NCBI GenBank assembly: GCA_036567745.1
Contig: DATCTW010000045.1
Coordinates: forward strand, 74,471 to 138,470
Reading direction: 5' to 3'
Source of the DNA: Ignavibacteria bacterium
GTDB lineage: Bacteria; Bacteroidota; Ignavibacteria; DATCTW01
Length of the DNA stretch: 64,000 bases
In this document: positions 20,401 to 29,982 of the stretch, in pieces
Layout: every line of letters starts with the position of its first letter
How positions within the stretch are numbered: the first letter of the stretch is position 1
Position numbers and translations under genes: made by a program
The notes under the pieces: model-generated
Told to the model about the DNA's origin: nothing
The model's input: only the letters and a program-made list of their open reading frames with translations
Databases searched by the model: none

Positions 20401-20808
20401 AGACCTAATAGTAGCAAAAAAAATATTAGAATTGAAACAAAATACAACTTGGGGCAAACAGTTTATGCTGATAAACAACTATTGTTAACCATTTTAAGAA
20501 ATCTTACTACTAATGCTATTAAATTTACTCCAAAAGAAGGGAAAATTACAATTTCAATAAATGATGAAGAAAATTTTACAAAAATATCGGTTGAAGATAC
20601 AGGTATAGGAATTCCAGAAGAAGAGATACCCAAAATATTTAGTATTGATAATAAATTTAAGAGGAAAGGTACTGAAGGAGAGCCCTCCAGTGGTTTAGGA
20701 TTACTTCTTTGCAAGGAATTTATTGAGAAACATGGAGGGAAAATTTGGGTTGAAAGCAAAATTAATGAAGGAAGTAAATTTATTTTTACTTTACCTAAAG
20801 AAAATTAA
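17443..20808 (+). CDS. Multi-PAS/PAC sensor histidine kinase
   Basis: Several PAS/PAC repeats with recurring RDITxRKxxE motifs, an H-box IAHDLRNPFSII and an HATPase domain (NLTTNAIKFT, DTGIGIP, GLGLLLCKEFIEKHGG). It is divergent from the 1244-aa gene; the called starts overlap by 18 nt, so the true starts are probably internal. Confidence 0.9.
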   Translation: MSKRVQKNMKFNKSGINADIEIIPMPSIIIDLKLSIIKRNKDWERSIGRFFSGSKLKLTIQNESELLNVFSKIKDKDTTLKSALEILQSDEKKLLFNALIKYIRTIGKQKYYLICIETNYRESKSVICDFNEEFKRFYNNIPGAVYKYIVQKKGTSYFEYVSEGIEKVFGIEAKELMKDSSLIFNRVHPDDRERITKSFVKCMEELSVWKDEYRVMISENNTIWVEGHSTPIKANDGSIIWYGYVRDITAEKETLLQLRKLNTAVEQSSATVVITDLKGNIEYVNKKFEETTGYTIEEVKGQHTRILKSGEKNPEEYKELWETISSGKSWKGEFHNKRKNGEFYWEKAIISPIFNEKNEIINFLAIKDDITHQKEIELALQKSEQRYRRIFESINDIFYQTDENKTIITVSPSIQKVLGWNPEEIIGKKVDEFYKNKEQQEKLFNELYSTGAVNDFEVILKDKSNNTKILSLSAKVLYNDKNKYIGTVGIVRDITQRKEIEAMIANQNAFLNSLLDSIPDIVFYKDFNSVYLGGNKAFFDFVGKPKEEIIGKTDLDIFEIEKAKSFIESDKKIISENSKMTISLWVVDRNGNKVYLETIKTAYYDSKGRALGIIGISRDRTESKKFIEALEESEQYQKSLLEHLSSGVIIIDPITKEIENLNPAAEKMIGSSRDEILGRKCSMFMCSKDEICPVDNYDKNVAQFETTIQRSDGRLLPIYKSVSPIIIKGKKKYIDNFIDISEIKKLQEELRLNEEKYRLLAENVSDIIWVYDYEDKKYLYVSPSVYKIKGFSPEEFMNLKLEDNISKECFEHVSRKNQERYERFILDKNQISYIDELVHIRKDGSTFEAETTSSFYLDPETKHVNLIGVTRDISSRKEAERKLFKTNQELKELNAMKDKLFSIIAHDLRNPFSIIIGFIDLLKYNFDKYSPEKREEIIDTLKNTTQRVYTLLENLLAWSKSQSNNLVLNPALYLAEDIITQLLNEVRPNSSKKNIRIETKYNLGQTVYADKQLLLTILRNLTTNAIKFTPKEGKITISINDEENFTKISVEDTGIGIPEEEIPKIFSIDNKFKRKGTEGEPSSGLGLLLCKEFIEKHGGKIWVESKINEGSKFIFTLPKEN

Positions 20809-20893
20809 TTAAAAATTATTTTGTACATTAAAAAAGTAAATTTGAAAATAATTATATCTTGGTGGATTATACTAATATTTAATAAAAGGGAAT

Positions 20894-21883
20894 GTGAAAA
20901 TGATTGAAAAAATTAATTGGGGTATAATGGGTGCTGGCAGGATATCCCGCACGTTTGTTAATGATTTAAAATTTCTCTCAAATGCGAATGTGGTTGCGGT
21001 AGCATCAAAAGACAATCAAAAAGCAAAAGAATTTTCTTCTGATTTTAATATTAAATATTATTATGATAGCTACAAAGAAATGGTAAAGAATGATGAGATC
21101 GATGTTATATACATAGGTACTACTCATAACTATCATTATGAAAATATAATGTTATGTATAGAAAATAATAAAGCTGTTTTATGTGAAAAACCATTTACTG
21201 TAAATAGTAAAGAGGCATTGCAAGTTATTAGTAGAGCAAAGGAAAAAAATGTTTTTGTATTGGAAGCTATGTGGTCTAGATATACACCAGCATATAAAAA
21301 GATTAGAGAAATTATTGAATCTGGTTTGATTGGAGACATAAAATTTATGTATGCTGATTTTGGTTTTGAAGCCCCTGATGATCCTCAACATCGAGCTTTT
21401 AATCCTACTCTTGCTGGCGGTAGCCTTTTAGATGTTGGAATATATCCAATATCTTTTGCCTATTGGATTTATAAAAAGAATCCCATTATTATAGAGACAT
21501 TAGCTAATATTGGTAAAACAGGTGTGGATGAAGATGCAGGTATTATATTTAAATATGATGATGGGGCAATGGCTATGCTTTCCTCTTCAGTTAGGGTGCA
21601 TACACAAAAAGAGGCTATTGTAATTGGCAAAAAGGGCTCTATTAGAATACACTCACCATTTTTTCACTCAAGGAGAATGAGTATAAATATTGGTGATACT
21701 ATTACTGATTATTATTTTGATTACCCCGGACTTGGTTATCATTTTGAAGCTGAACATGTAATGCAATGTTTAAGAGAAGGGAAAAAAGAGAGTGAGATAT
21801 TAACTCTTAACGAAACATTGGAGATAATGAAAACTTTAGATGTTATTCGTAATAAATGGGGGATGAAATATCCTTTTGAATAA
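20894..21883 (+). CDS. Gfo/Idh/MocA family oxidoreductase
   Basis: N-terminal Rossmann fingerprint INWGIMGAGRISRTF. The EKP motif (LCEKPF) is typical of the family. Confidence 0.85.
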   Translation: MKMIEKINWGIMGAGRISRTFVNDLKFLSNANVVAVASKDNQKAKEFSSDFNIKYYYDSYKEMVKNDEIDVIYIGTTHNYHYENIMLCIENNKAVLCEKPFTVNSKEALQVISRAKEKNVFVLEAMWSRYTPAYKKIREIIESGLIGDIKFMYADFGFEAPDDPQHRAFNPTLAGGSLLDVGIYPISFAYWIYKKNPIIIETLANIGKTGVDEDAGIIFKYDDGAMAMLSSSVRVHTQKEAIVIGKKGSIRIHSPFFHSRRMSINIGDTITDYYFDYPGLGYHFEAEHVMQCLREGKKESEILTLNETLEIMKTLDVIRNKWGMKYPFE

Positions 21884-21889
21884 TAAAAA

Positions 21890-24292
21890 TTAATTTTTCG
21901 GACTAATTATTAATTTTTTAAAAGAAGAATTTTTAATTATTGATGGATTAATTGAAATTGGTATAAGTTTATTCTCTAAAAGTATTTTAACTTGATTTGA
22001 ATAAAAAGGGCTCAAAGGTTGACCGGAAATGCCCGTTGATATTACCAAATAGGTGTTTTGAGGATATGACATATCACAAATATATTTAGCTGCTAAACTA
22101 ATCTCTTGATAGAATTGTGAGTTGTTATAAATTTTATCATAATTTATTATTAAGCTTTTACCATTCAAATTAAAAGGGCCAATATTAAATATTGGTTGAA
22201 GCTCTTTGATTTCGCCAAAATAGTGATTATAATAAATTTTGTGTAATTCACCCCAAATCCAATTTTTAGGTTCAGAACCAAACAAATTTTTTAAGTATTG
22301 AATAGCATCTTTTAGGCTAGTTACATAAATTTCTTCCATTGTTTCCACTTTTTGAGTAGTATTAATATTATCAAACCATATATTGTTTTTTTTGGTAATA
22401 TTCAAGAGGGTGTTTTCAATATTTGTAGTTGGATTTTTAGTATATTCAAGTGATAATTCAGGACCCAGTTCATCTTCTAAAGTATTTTTATATAAATAAA
22501 AAATAAAAGTATTGTAAAGGGTAGCTGAAATAGAAGATTTATCCATTGTGCAATCCCAATTCTTAAAATAAGTGTAAATCTGATTAAAGTATTCAACGTT
22601 TAAGTTTTTCTCTAAAATGTTCATTATATAGTGTAATATTAATTTAGCTGTGGGGGAATATATATCATTTTGAATATTTTGAATATCTTCAAAAGATAAT
22701 TCATTTTTTTGTTCAATAAGTGACTTTAATCTTTCTGATGAGTAGAATTGATTTGAAACATATTGCGAGAAATCTGTTTTTGTTGATAATAAATATCCAT
22801 TAGGTGGATTTATTGTTATTGGTGAATTAGATAAATCATTAATAGTTGAAATTGGAACATTGCTTGAGCCTTCGAGTGTAATATCACTTAAAGAGCTTTT
22901 TTGATAAATAAATCCAGTAGTTTTTACTCCGATATTGTTCTTATCGCATAAGCAAAAATTCAGTGCTGGTACTTTAACATGTTTTAAAGCATCTTCTTGT
23001 TCAATTATTGTTTTTGAATTTAATAAAAGATAAAACCCTAGCAAATCGTCGCTTACTTCATTCCCAACCCATTTGAATGAAATATGTTCACCTTTTAAAG
23101 GAGTAGATTCCATATCATGTTTGTTTTTATTTTTATATTCTATGCTGATTTTTGGTTCTTCAAAATTTGAGATTATTGGTCCTTCAGCAGTTTCAAAAAT
23201 TGAAAAATCAACTGATGAATAATCATTTAAATAAATTTTTTCGGTATTAATTTTTAGATTTAACCAATTATTATCATGTTTATATTTATTTAAGCCTATA
23301 GAATCAATTTGTTCAATTATAAAATTGCAATTATCATTATATAAATTAGAAATGCTCCAAGATGAAAAACCGTTATTCCCAACTAAAATTGCTGGTATTC
23401 CGGGTATTCCCAATCCCGAAACATCAAATTTATTCGAGTGTAAAGATATTTCATACCATATTGAAGGTGTTGTAGATAGTGAATATAAATTTGAAGCTAA
23501 GATTGGTGATCGATTCTTTGATTTAAAGTTACTAACTACAAATGAATAATTTTCATAGTTAGAATAAAAACCAGTATAATGACAGATATCTTGATAAATA
23601 TTGAAAAGTTTGTAAAAAAAATCCTTATTGTGTATCGTAATAAAATTCTGGTAATTTGTATTTAGTAATTCGTTAGAACGTTGAACGCCTACTTTTTCAA
23701 TTACATTATGTTCAATAATTTTATTTATAAAAGAAGAATGCATTAATAATGAAAATAATCTTAAAATTATAATGCTATGCTCAGGTTTCCATTGTTCGGG
23801 TTCGTATTTCAGGAAGTCAAATTCGAGTGGTAGTTTTTTTTGATTTCTTTTTATAAATGCATTTATACCATCAGAATAAGCTTGTAAAATATTTCTTGAT
23901 TGAGGAGATAAACTGTTGACTATTTTATTTGCTGTTCTATTAATGCCAATTGCCTTTATTAAAGCATCAATCTCTATTGTTTTCATCCCAAAGACTTCAC
24001 TTAATCTACCTTCGCCGGTTCTTCTTAAAATATCCATTTGCCAAAGTCTATCTTGAGCTGAAACATAACCATAAGAAAAAAATAAATCATATTCATTATC
24101 AGCAATTATTTGTGGAATTCCATAATCATTTCTGTAAATGGTAATCTCACTTTTTACACCCTCAAGAGCAATACTTCCTTCATTCTGAGGTAATGATTTC
24201 ATTAATAATTTATACAAGAAAAAAAGAGAAATAACTATAATTACTATTATACTAAAAAAAGAACCGATTAAAATAATTTTATTTTTATTCAT
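21890..24292 (-). CDS. Penicillin acylase / Ntn-hydrolase family protein (possible acyl-homoserine-lactone or beta-lactam acylase), secreted
   Basis: N-terminal signal/TM segment. The DRLWQMDILRR motif is characteristic of the penicillin amidase family. Length 800 aa. Confidence 0.85.
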   Translation of the reverse strand: MNKNKIILIGSFFSIIVIIVISLFFLYKLLMKSLPQNEGSIALEGVKSEITIYRNDYGIPQIIADNEYDLFFSYGYVSAQDRLWQMDILRRTGEGRLSEVFGMKTIEIDALIKAIGINRTANKIVNSLSPQSRNILQAYSDGINAFIKRNQKKLPLEFDFLKYEPEQWKPEHSIIILRLFSLLMHSSFINKIIEHNVIEKVGVQRSNELLNTNYQNFITIHNKDFFYKLFNIYQDICHYTGFYSNYENYSFVVSNFKSKNRSPILASNLYSLSTTPSIWYEISLHSNKFDVSGLGIPGIPAILVGNNGFSSWSISNLYNDNCNFIIEQIDSIGLNKYKHDNNWLNLKINTEKIYLNDYSSVDFSIFETAEGPIISNFEEPKISIEYKNKNKHDMESTPLKGEHISFKWVGNEVSDDLLGFYLLLNSKTIIEQEDALKHVKVPALNFCLCDKNNIGVKTTGFIYQKSSLSDITLEGSSNVPISTINDLSNSPITINPPNGYLLSTKTDFSQYVSNQFYSSERLKSLIEQKNELSFEDIQNIQNDIYSPTAKLILHYIMNILEKNLNVEYFNQIYTYFKNWDCTMDKSSISATLYNTFIFYLYKNTLEDELGPELSLEYTKNPTTNIENTLLNITKKNNIWFDNINTTQKVETMEEIYVTSLKDAIQYLKNLFGSEPKNWIWGELHKIYYNHYFGEIKELQPIFNIGPFNLNGKSLIINYDKIYNNSQFYQEISLAAKYICDMSYPQNTYLVISTGISGQPLSPFYSNQVKILLENKLIPISINPSIIKNSSFKKLIISPKN

Positions 24293-24635
24293 AAAATCTT
24301 CATAGAATTTTATGCAATTTAATAAAATATTATATGCTAATCAATATGATAATTTACAAAAATTAGTTAATTCAATAATATACTCATTTACTTTTATTCA
24401 TTATAAGTAATTTGTTATAAACATTATTCAATAATATGAATATATGTCATAATAAATATGAAAATATGGCTTATATGACTATATTTCTTATTTTATAAGA
24501 ATTATTGTCATTGTATTAAAACAGCATTTTAAAATATAAATTATTATATATCAATATTTTATATATTTGGCATAATCTTTGAAGTATATAGAGTGAAAAT
24601 GAAATAAATAATATACTAAAAGGAGGTGTTGAGCC

Positions 24636-25076
24636 ATGTTAGTTAGATTAAATAATCCATTCAAAACATTCGAAAGCTTTTTCAATACCAGAGATAGTAT
24701 CGATAGACTTTTCGATTCGTTTTTCAATGATTCTACCCGTTATGTCAATAATAGTAGAATCCTGAGAACTTCAATTGCAGATCAAAAAGATAGTTACTTA
24801 ATGTATGTAGAGGTTCCAGGTTGTTCTAAAGAGAATATAAAATTATCTGTTAAAAATGATGTTGTTACAATATCTGCAAAGAGGGAACCAGAAAAGATTG
24901 ATGAAAAAACTAACGTTATACGTAATGAAAGATTATTTGGTGAATTCGAAAGAAGTTTTCAATTGCCATCAGAAGTGAAGGTAGATAAAGTTGAAGCTGA
25001 ATTTAAAGATGGTTTATTGAAAGTTGTGTTACCTAAAGAAGATAAAGCATTACCAAAAGAAATAACAATTAAATAA
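24636..25076 (+). CDS. Hsp20/alpha-crystallin family small heat-shock protein (1 of 3 tandem)
   Basis: Alpha-crystallin domain pattern: VEVPGCSKENIKLSVKNDVVTISAKRE...FERSFQLPSEVKVDKVEAEFKDGLLKVVLPK. Confidence 0.85.
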   Translation: MLVRLNNPFKTFESFFNTRDSIDRLFDSFFNDSTRYVNNSRILRTSIADQKDSYLMYVEVPGCSKENIKLSVKNDVVTISAKREPEKIDEKTNVIRNERLFGEFERSFQLPSEVKVDKVEAEFKDGLLKVVLPKEDKALPKEITIK

Positions 25077-25094
25077 GGAAGGAGGTGTTGGGTT

Positions 25095-25478
25095 ATGAAA
25101 AAGGAAGATAACAAAATCCAACGATACGATACTGAGGAAGTATTAGCTCAAAAAAATTATAGATTAGCTGTGCCTTTTGCAGATATATTTGCATCAGAAA
25201 ACGGATACAGAATAGATGTAGATATGCCAGGAGTATCCAAAGATAAATTCAGTGTAAAAGTTGATCATGATGAACTTTTGGTAAAAGGCGAAATAGATAA
25301 AACCATCGAAAAAGAGTATTACTTCAATGAGATGAATTATTCTGGTTTTGAAAGGACTTTTGTTCTTCCCGCTGATGTCGATATTGATAAAATTGAAGCA
25401 TCTTACAATAATGGGGTTCTTTCAATAACCTTGAACAAGAAAGAAGAGTATAAACCTAAATTAATTGAAATTAAATGA
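25095..25478 (+). CDS. Hsp20 family small heat-shock protein (2 of 3)
   Basis: DMPGVSKDKFSVKVDHDELLVKGE...FERTFVLPADVDIDKIEASYNNGVLSITL. Confidence 0.85.
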   Translation: MKKEDNKIQRYDTEEVLAQKNYRLAVPFADIFASENGYRIDVDMPGVSKDKFSVKVDHDELLVKGEIDKTIEKEYYFNEMNYSGFERTFVLPADVDIDKIEASYNNGVLSITLNKKEEYKPKLIEIK

Positions 25479-25536
25479 CTTTCTTTTTAAATAAATTAAT
25501 TTTAAATTAATAAATTTTAAAAGGAGGGATTGAGCT

Positions 25537-25983
25537 ATGTTACTGGCAAAGTATAAAAATCCGCTTGATCTTCAAAGAAGATTCAAAGATGAATTTGATA
25601 AATTCTTTGAAACTTTCTTTAGAGATTCTGAATTACTTCCAGGTTCCTTATATGCTCTTTCACCCAAAGCTGATGTAGAAGAAACAGATACTGAATATAA
25701 AGTATATGTAGAAATTCCTGGTGTTGATAAAAAGGATATTAAGATTCATCTGGAAAATAATGCTCTAGTGATTAAAGGTGAGAAAAAACAATCTAAGGAA
25801 GTAAAAGAAGATAATTACTTATGCTGTGAACGTAGTTATGGTTCATTCCAGAGAACCTTTGAGTTTCCAGGAAATGTAAAATCAGATAAAGTTGAAGCTG
25901 AATATAAAGATGGTGTACTAACTGTAGTAGTTCCAAAAGCTGAAGAATCAAAGAGAAAAGAAATTGAGATTAAAGTGAAATAA
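25537..25983 (+). CDS. Hsp20 family small heat-shock protein (3 of 3)
   Basis: EIPGVDKKDIKIHLENNALVIKGEKK...FQRTFEFPGNVKSDKVEAEYKDGVLTVVVPK. Confidence 0.85.
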   Translation: MLLAKYKNPLDLQRRFKDEFDKFFETFFRDSELLPGSLYALSPKADVEETDTEYKVYVEIPGVDKKDIKIHLENNALVIKGEKKQSKEVKEDNYLCCERSYGSFQRTFEFPGNVKSDKVEAEYKDGVLTVVVPKAEESKRKEIEIKVK

Positions 25984-25995
25984 AAATGTTCATGC

Positions 25996-26031
25996 TATAG
26001 AGCGGGATAAACACCCGCTCTATATTTTTTT
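25996..26031 (+). terminator. Rho-independent terminator after the Hsp20 array
   Basis: Hairpin atagagcgggataaacacccgctctat followed by an 8-T run. Confidence 0.7.
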
Positions 26032-26045
26032 TAAAAGGAGTAAAT

Positions 26046-26369
26046 ATGCCTATTTACGAGTATCATTGTGATAATTGTAACTACGATTTTGAATTGTTGC
26101 AAAGTGTAAAAGAAAGTCATTCTGCTATTTGTCCTATCTGTAATAAAACTGCAAATAAAAAAATATCTTTACCTGGTGGTTTAGTATTTAAAGGTTCAGG
26201 TTTTTATATTACAGACTATAGCAAATCTAATGGTAATGGTGGTTCACATTCTTCTATTACAGATAATAATAATGGTAAAAAGAATAAAACATCAGGGAAT
26301 GGTTCTGATAATGGTAATGGTAAGAAATCAAGTGAAAAACAATCAAAAATAGAAACAACATCAAAATAA
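26046..26369 (+). CDS. FmdB-family zinc-ribbon protein with a Gly/Asn/Ser-rich tail
   Basis: MPIYEYHCDNCNYDFELLQS...CPICN has two CxxC pairs at the N-terminus, matching the FmdB regulatory zinc-ribbon signature. Confidence 0.75.
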   Translation: MPIYEYHCDNCNYDFELLQSVKESHSAICPICNKTANKKISLPGGLVFKGSGFYITDYSKSNGNGGSHSSITDNNNGKKNKTSGNGSDNGNGKKSSEKQSKIETTSK

Positions 26370-26375
26370 TTTTTA

Positions 26376-26870
26376 ATGCTTTTAATAAGCCATACCTCTA
26401 TGGGAATTTTAATTGCTTCCTGTTCGGCAAATCCTTTTACAGGAAGCATTATGGCTTTTTTTAGTCATTATTTATTAGATATTATTCCTCATGAACCACA
26501 AGAAGAGCTTTTTTTTGTACCACCTAAAAATGAGGGCTGGTCTGAAGAAATTAAAACAAAGCTTAAAAAAAGACAAAAATCTTCAATTTTTGATTTTATA
26601 TTTTCAATTCTACTAATTTTATCCTACCTTTTAATAACACGTGAGAATGAATTGTTTAAAATTATTCCTTTATTTTTGATAATATTTTTTAGTGTTTTAC
26701 CAGATATCCTAACTATATTATATTTGCGGTATCCATTTAAATTATTAAAAGAACATTATAAGTTTCATTATATTATTCATAACATTATTCCAATCAAAAT
26801 GTCATATTTTTTTGCTACCACATATCAGGTAGTTTTTTCTTTATTACTTTTATGGTTAGCAGTAATTTAA
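26376..26870 (+). CDS. Hypothetical integral membrane protein
   Basis: Multiple hydrophobic segments. The start lies 7 nt after the upstream stop. Confidence 0.4.
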   Translation: MLLISHTSMGILIASCSANPFTGSIMAFFSHYLLDIIPHEPQEELFFVPPKNEGWSEEIKTKLKKRQKSSIFDFIFSILLILSYLLITRENELFKIIPLFLIIFFSVLPDILTILYLRYPFKLLKEHYKFHYIIHNIIPIKMSYFFATTYQVVFSLLLLWLAVI

Positions 26871-26871
26871 T

Positions 26872-27459
26872 ATGAGCAAGATTAGAAGTTTTGAGGAAAA
26901 TGTAACAAAATTATTGAATTTATCTGAAAATTCGAATAATTATTTTTTGTTAAAAAAAACTTTAGATTTTGTAGTAATTGTTCATTATAACCATTTACTA
27001 TTCAATGGAGATAGTTTAATTGACCATTCAATTTCTGTTTCTTCTATTTTATTAAACGAAGTAAAAATTTTCGATATTGATATAATATGTGCAGCATTAT
27101 TGCATGATGTTTTTGAAAAAAGCGATATTAATAAAGATTATTTCAAAGAAATCTTTGGTGAAAAAATTTTTTTTATGGTAGATATATTAACAAAACATCA
27201 TTATTTAGGTATAAATGAAAGAGAAAGAACTATTAATTATGTAAAAAGAATAAAAGAGGCAGGTATTGAATGTAGTATAATAAAATTAGCGGATAGATTG
27301 GATAAATTGAGAAGACTTGTAAAAACAAATAATGGGAAAACAGATAATTATATTAGTGATACAGCTCAAATATATTCAATTTTAGCTAATAATTCTAACG
27401 ATATGAGAGTGATAATGCTATGGAAAATGATTAATGATGTGATAAATAAAATTAATTAA
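26872..27459 (+). CDS. HD-domain phosphohydrolase (RelA/SpoT-HD-like, possible small alarmone hydrolase)
   Basis: H...HD metal-binding signature (HSISVSSILL...ALLHDVFEKSD...KLADRLD). The gene overlaps the upstream stop (TAATATG). Confidence 0.6.
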   Translation: MSKIRSFEENVTKLLNLSENSNNYFLLKKTLDFVVIVHYNHLLFNGDSLIDHSISVSSILLNEVKIFDIDIICAALLHDVFEKSDINKDYFKEIFGEKIFFMVDILTKHHYLGINERERTINYVKRIKEAGIECSIIKLADRLDKLRRLVKTNNGKTDNYISDTAQIYSILANNSNDMRVIMLWKMINDVINKIN

Positions 27460-27565
27460 ATTTAAAAATTTTATTGACAATAGAATTAAAATTATTTAAA
27501 TTTACATAAATCAATTTATTGTTTTTGTTCTTTAATAATTTTTTAAATTTAACCTTGGAGGTAAA

Positions 27566-27853
27566 ATGGCTAAACCAATGTCAAAAGCTGCTATAATAAG
27601 TTATTTAGCTGAAAAACTTGATCTACAAAAAAAAGTAGTGAATAGTTTTTTGGAGGAGTTTACCAAATTAGCTTATAAAGAAGCTAAAAATTCATTTACA
27701 ATACCAGGAATTGGTAAACTTGTTTTAGTAAAGAGAAAAGCAAGAAAAGGAAGAAATCCTGCCACTGGTGAAGTTATAAATATTCCTGCAAAAACAGTTG
27801 TTAAATTCAAAGTTTTAAAAGCATGCAAAGATGCTGTTTTACCAAAAAAATAA
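27566..27853 (+). CDS. HU/IHF family DNA-binding protein
   Basis: 95 aa with GIGKLVLVKRKARKGRNPATGEVINIPAKTVVKFK, the beta-arm signature of HU. Confidence 0.85.
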   Translation: MAKPMSKAAIISYLAEKLDLQKKVVNSFLEEFTKLAYKEAKNSFTIPGIGKLVLVKRKARKGRNPATGEVINIPAKTVVKFKVLKACKDAVLPKK

Positions 27854-27885
27854 TTTTTTTGGTGATATTTATAAATATATTTAAA

Positions 27886-27916
27886 AAGCCGACAATTATG
27901 TTGGCTTTTTTATTTA
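27886..27916 (+). terminator. Rho-independent terminator after the HU gene
   Basis: Hairpin aaagccgacaattatgttggcttt followed by a T-run. Confidence 0.7.
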
Positions 27917-27966
27917 TCTTGATAATCAAAATAAAAAATGTGATTTTTTATTTTATTTGAAATAAT

Positions 27967-29055
27967 ATGAAAGATGAAATCTACATCAAAGAATGTATAG
28001 AATTAGCCCAAAAGGGTATTGGCAAGGTCTCACCTAACCCTCTAGTAGGCTGTGTGATTGTAAAAGATGGCAAAATTATTTCTAGAGGTTATCACTCAGA
28101 GTTTGGTAAGGATCATGCAGAAGTAAATGCTATAAAGAATGCTAAGGGTGTTGACTTAACCGGGGCAACTGTATATGTAAATTTAGAGCCTTGTTCAATA
28201 TATTCTAAAACTCCACCTTGCTGTGATTTATTGATTGAAAAAAAAGTTAGTAGAGTGGTGTGTGGTACAAAAGATTATAATCCTTTAATTAATGGCAATG
28301 GTATAAAAAAACTTAGAAAAGCTGGTATAGATGTAAAAGTAGGAGTATTAAAGGATGAGTGCTTAAGATTAAATGAAAAATTCTTTAAATATGTAAAAAC
28401 AAAAATGCCTTATGTAACCTTGAAAATTGCTCAAACACTTGATGGGAAAATTTCTTCTGGATATTACGATAAAAATAAAATATCTTCTTTGGAATCACAA
28501 AAATATGTTCATAGATTAAGATTAGAGAATGATGCTATTTTGGTAGGGAGTGGAACAATAAAGAAAGATAATCCATATTTAACTTTAAGACATGTAAAAG
28601 GTCGCCAACCATATAGAGTTATACTTAATTCTAATTTTGATATAAGTTTGAAGTCAAATGTTTTAAATGATGATTTTGTAGATAAAACTATTTTAATCGT
28701 TTCTAACAATTCGTATAAAAATAAAATTAAGATGATTGATAAATTAATAAATAAAGGAGTGAGGGTTTATCCTTTAAAATTAATGAGAAATGATTTATTT
28801 GATTTATACGAAGTTCTTGAATTGCTTGCAAAGATTGAGATTTCTTCAGTTTTAGTAGAAGGGGGGAGTAAAATATTTACGCAGTTTGTTTTACAGAAAT
28901 GTTTTGATGAAATTAACATGTTTATATCTCCAAAAATATATGGTAAGGGTATTTTTTCGATTGATCCCGAAATAAATAAGTTTATAAATTTACAATTTAA
29001 GAAATACAATTATAAGTTAATTGGGGACGAAATACTTTTTAATGGAAAGATTTAA
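27967..29055 (+). CDS. ribD: Bifunctional riboflavin biosynthesis deaminase/reductase RibD
   Basis: Cytidine/dCMP-deaminase zinc motifs HAEVNAI and LEPC in the N-terminal half, plus a C-terminal RibD reductase-like region. Length 362 aa. Confidence 0.85.
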   Translation: MKDEIYIKECIELAQKGIGKVSPNPLVGCVIVKDGKIISRGYHSEFGKDHAEVNAIKNAKGVDLTGATVYVNLEPCSIYSKTPPCCDLLIEKKVSRVVCGTKDYNPLINGNGIKKLRKAGIDVKVGVLKDECLRLNEKFFKYVKTKMPYVTLKIAQTLDGKISSGYYDKNKISSLESQKYVHRLRLENDAILVGSGTIKKDNPYLTLRHVKGRQPYRVILNSNFDISLKSNVLNDDFVDKTILIVSNNSYKNKIKMIDKLINKGVRVYPLKLMRNDLFDLYEVLELLAKIEISSVLVEGGSKIFTQFVLQKCFDEINMFISPKIYGKGIFSIDPEINKFINLQFKKYNYKLIGDEILFNGKI

Positions 29056-29971
29056 TAAAAAATATTTTATTTTATTTAGCATTAGTTTAATTGTAATTAA
29101 TTTTATACATTTTTCATGTTCAATTTTTGAGAAAGAGATGGAGAATAAATACTTAAATACAAAAGAAGAAGTGCAAAAACTATTATCCTCTTCAAGTGGT
29201 ACATACTCTGTTGCTTTCAAAGACTTACAAAATGGTGAAGTGATTTTAATTAATGAACAAATTTACTTTCATGCTGCAAGCACAATGAAAACCCCGGTAA
29301 TGATAGAGGTTTTTAAACAAGCTCAATTTGGGAAATTTAATTTAAGTGATTCTGTTGAGGTAAAAAACGATTTTAAAAGCATCGTAGATGGTTCAAGTTT
29401 TAGTATAGATAAAAATGATGATAGTGAAAAAGATTTATATAATTTGATTGGAAGAAAAACTACATTTTATGATTTAATTACAAGAATGATAACTATTAGC
29501 AGTAACCTTGCTACTAATATATTAATAGAAATTGTAGGTCCAGATAATGTTACTGAAAGTATGAGGCAATTGGGTGCAAATATGATAAAGGTGTTAAGAG
29601 GGGTTGAGGATAGCAAGGCGTATAATAAAGGTTTGAATAATATTACTACTGCATTTGATTTGATGATTATATATGATAAAATTGCAAAAGGTGAAATACT
29701 TTCTGAAGAAAATCATAAAAAGATGATAGACATCTTATTAAATCAAAAATTTAATGATATAATACCCGCAAAGTTACCAAAAGGTATAAAGGTGGCTCAT
29801 AAAACAGGTTCAATAACAAATGTAGAACATGATTCTGGTATAGTATTTTTACCAGATGGAAGAAAATATGTTTTAGTTTTGCTTTCAAAAGATTTACCAA
29901 ACAATAATTATGGTAAAGAGGTGCTTTCAAAAGTATCAAATATAATTTATGAAAATTTATATAAAAATTAA
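29021..29971 (+). CDS. Class A beta-lactamase-like serine hydrolase (secreted or lipoprotein)
   Basis: The SxxK active site (ASTMKT), an SxN-like SSN, and KTG (AHKTGS) are in canonical order. The N-terminal hydrophobic leader ends in FSCS. The called start overlaps ribD by 35 nt, so the true start is probably an internal Met (29042 or later). Confidence 0.7.
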   Translation: MGTKYFLMERFNKKYFILFSISLIVINFIHFSCSIFEKEMENKYLNTKEEVQKLLSSSSGTYSVAFKDLQNGEVILINEQIYFHAASTMKTPVMIEVFKQAQFGKFNLSDSVEVKNDFKSIVDGSSFSIDKNDDSEKDLYNLIGRKTTFYDLITRMITISSNLATNILIEIVGPDNVTESMRQLGANMIKVLRGVEDSKAYNKGLNNITTAFDLMIIYDKIAKGEILSEENHKKMIDILLNQKFNDIIPAKLPKGIKVAHKTGSITNVEHDSGIVFLPDGRKYVLVLLSKDLPNNNYGKEVLSKVSNIIYENLYKN

Positions 29972-29982
29972 AAAGTAAAATT

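Noticed and set aside
27854-27966. FMN riboswitch upstream of ribD
   Set aside because: The region is only ~110 nt, mostly a terminator and AT-rich, and lacks the conserved FMN aptamer core.
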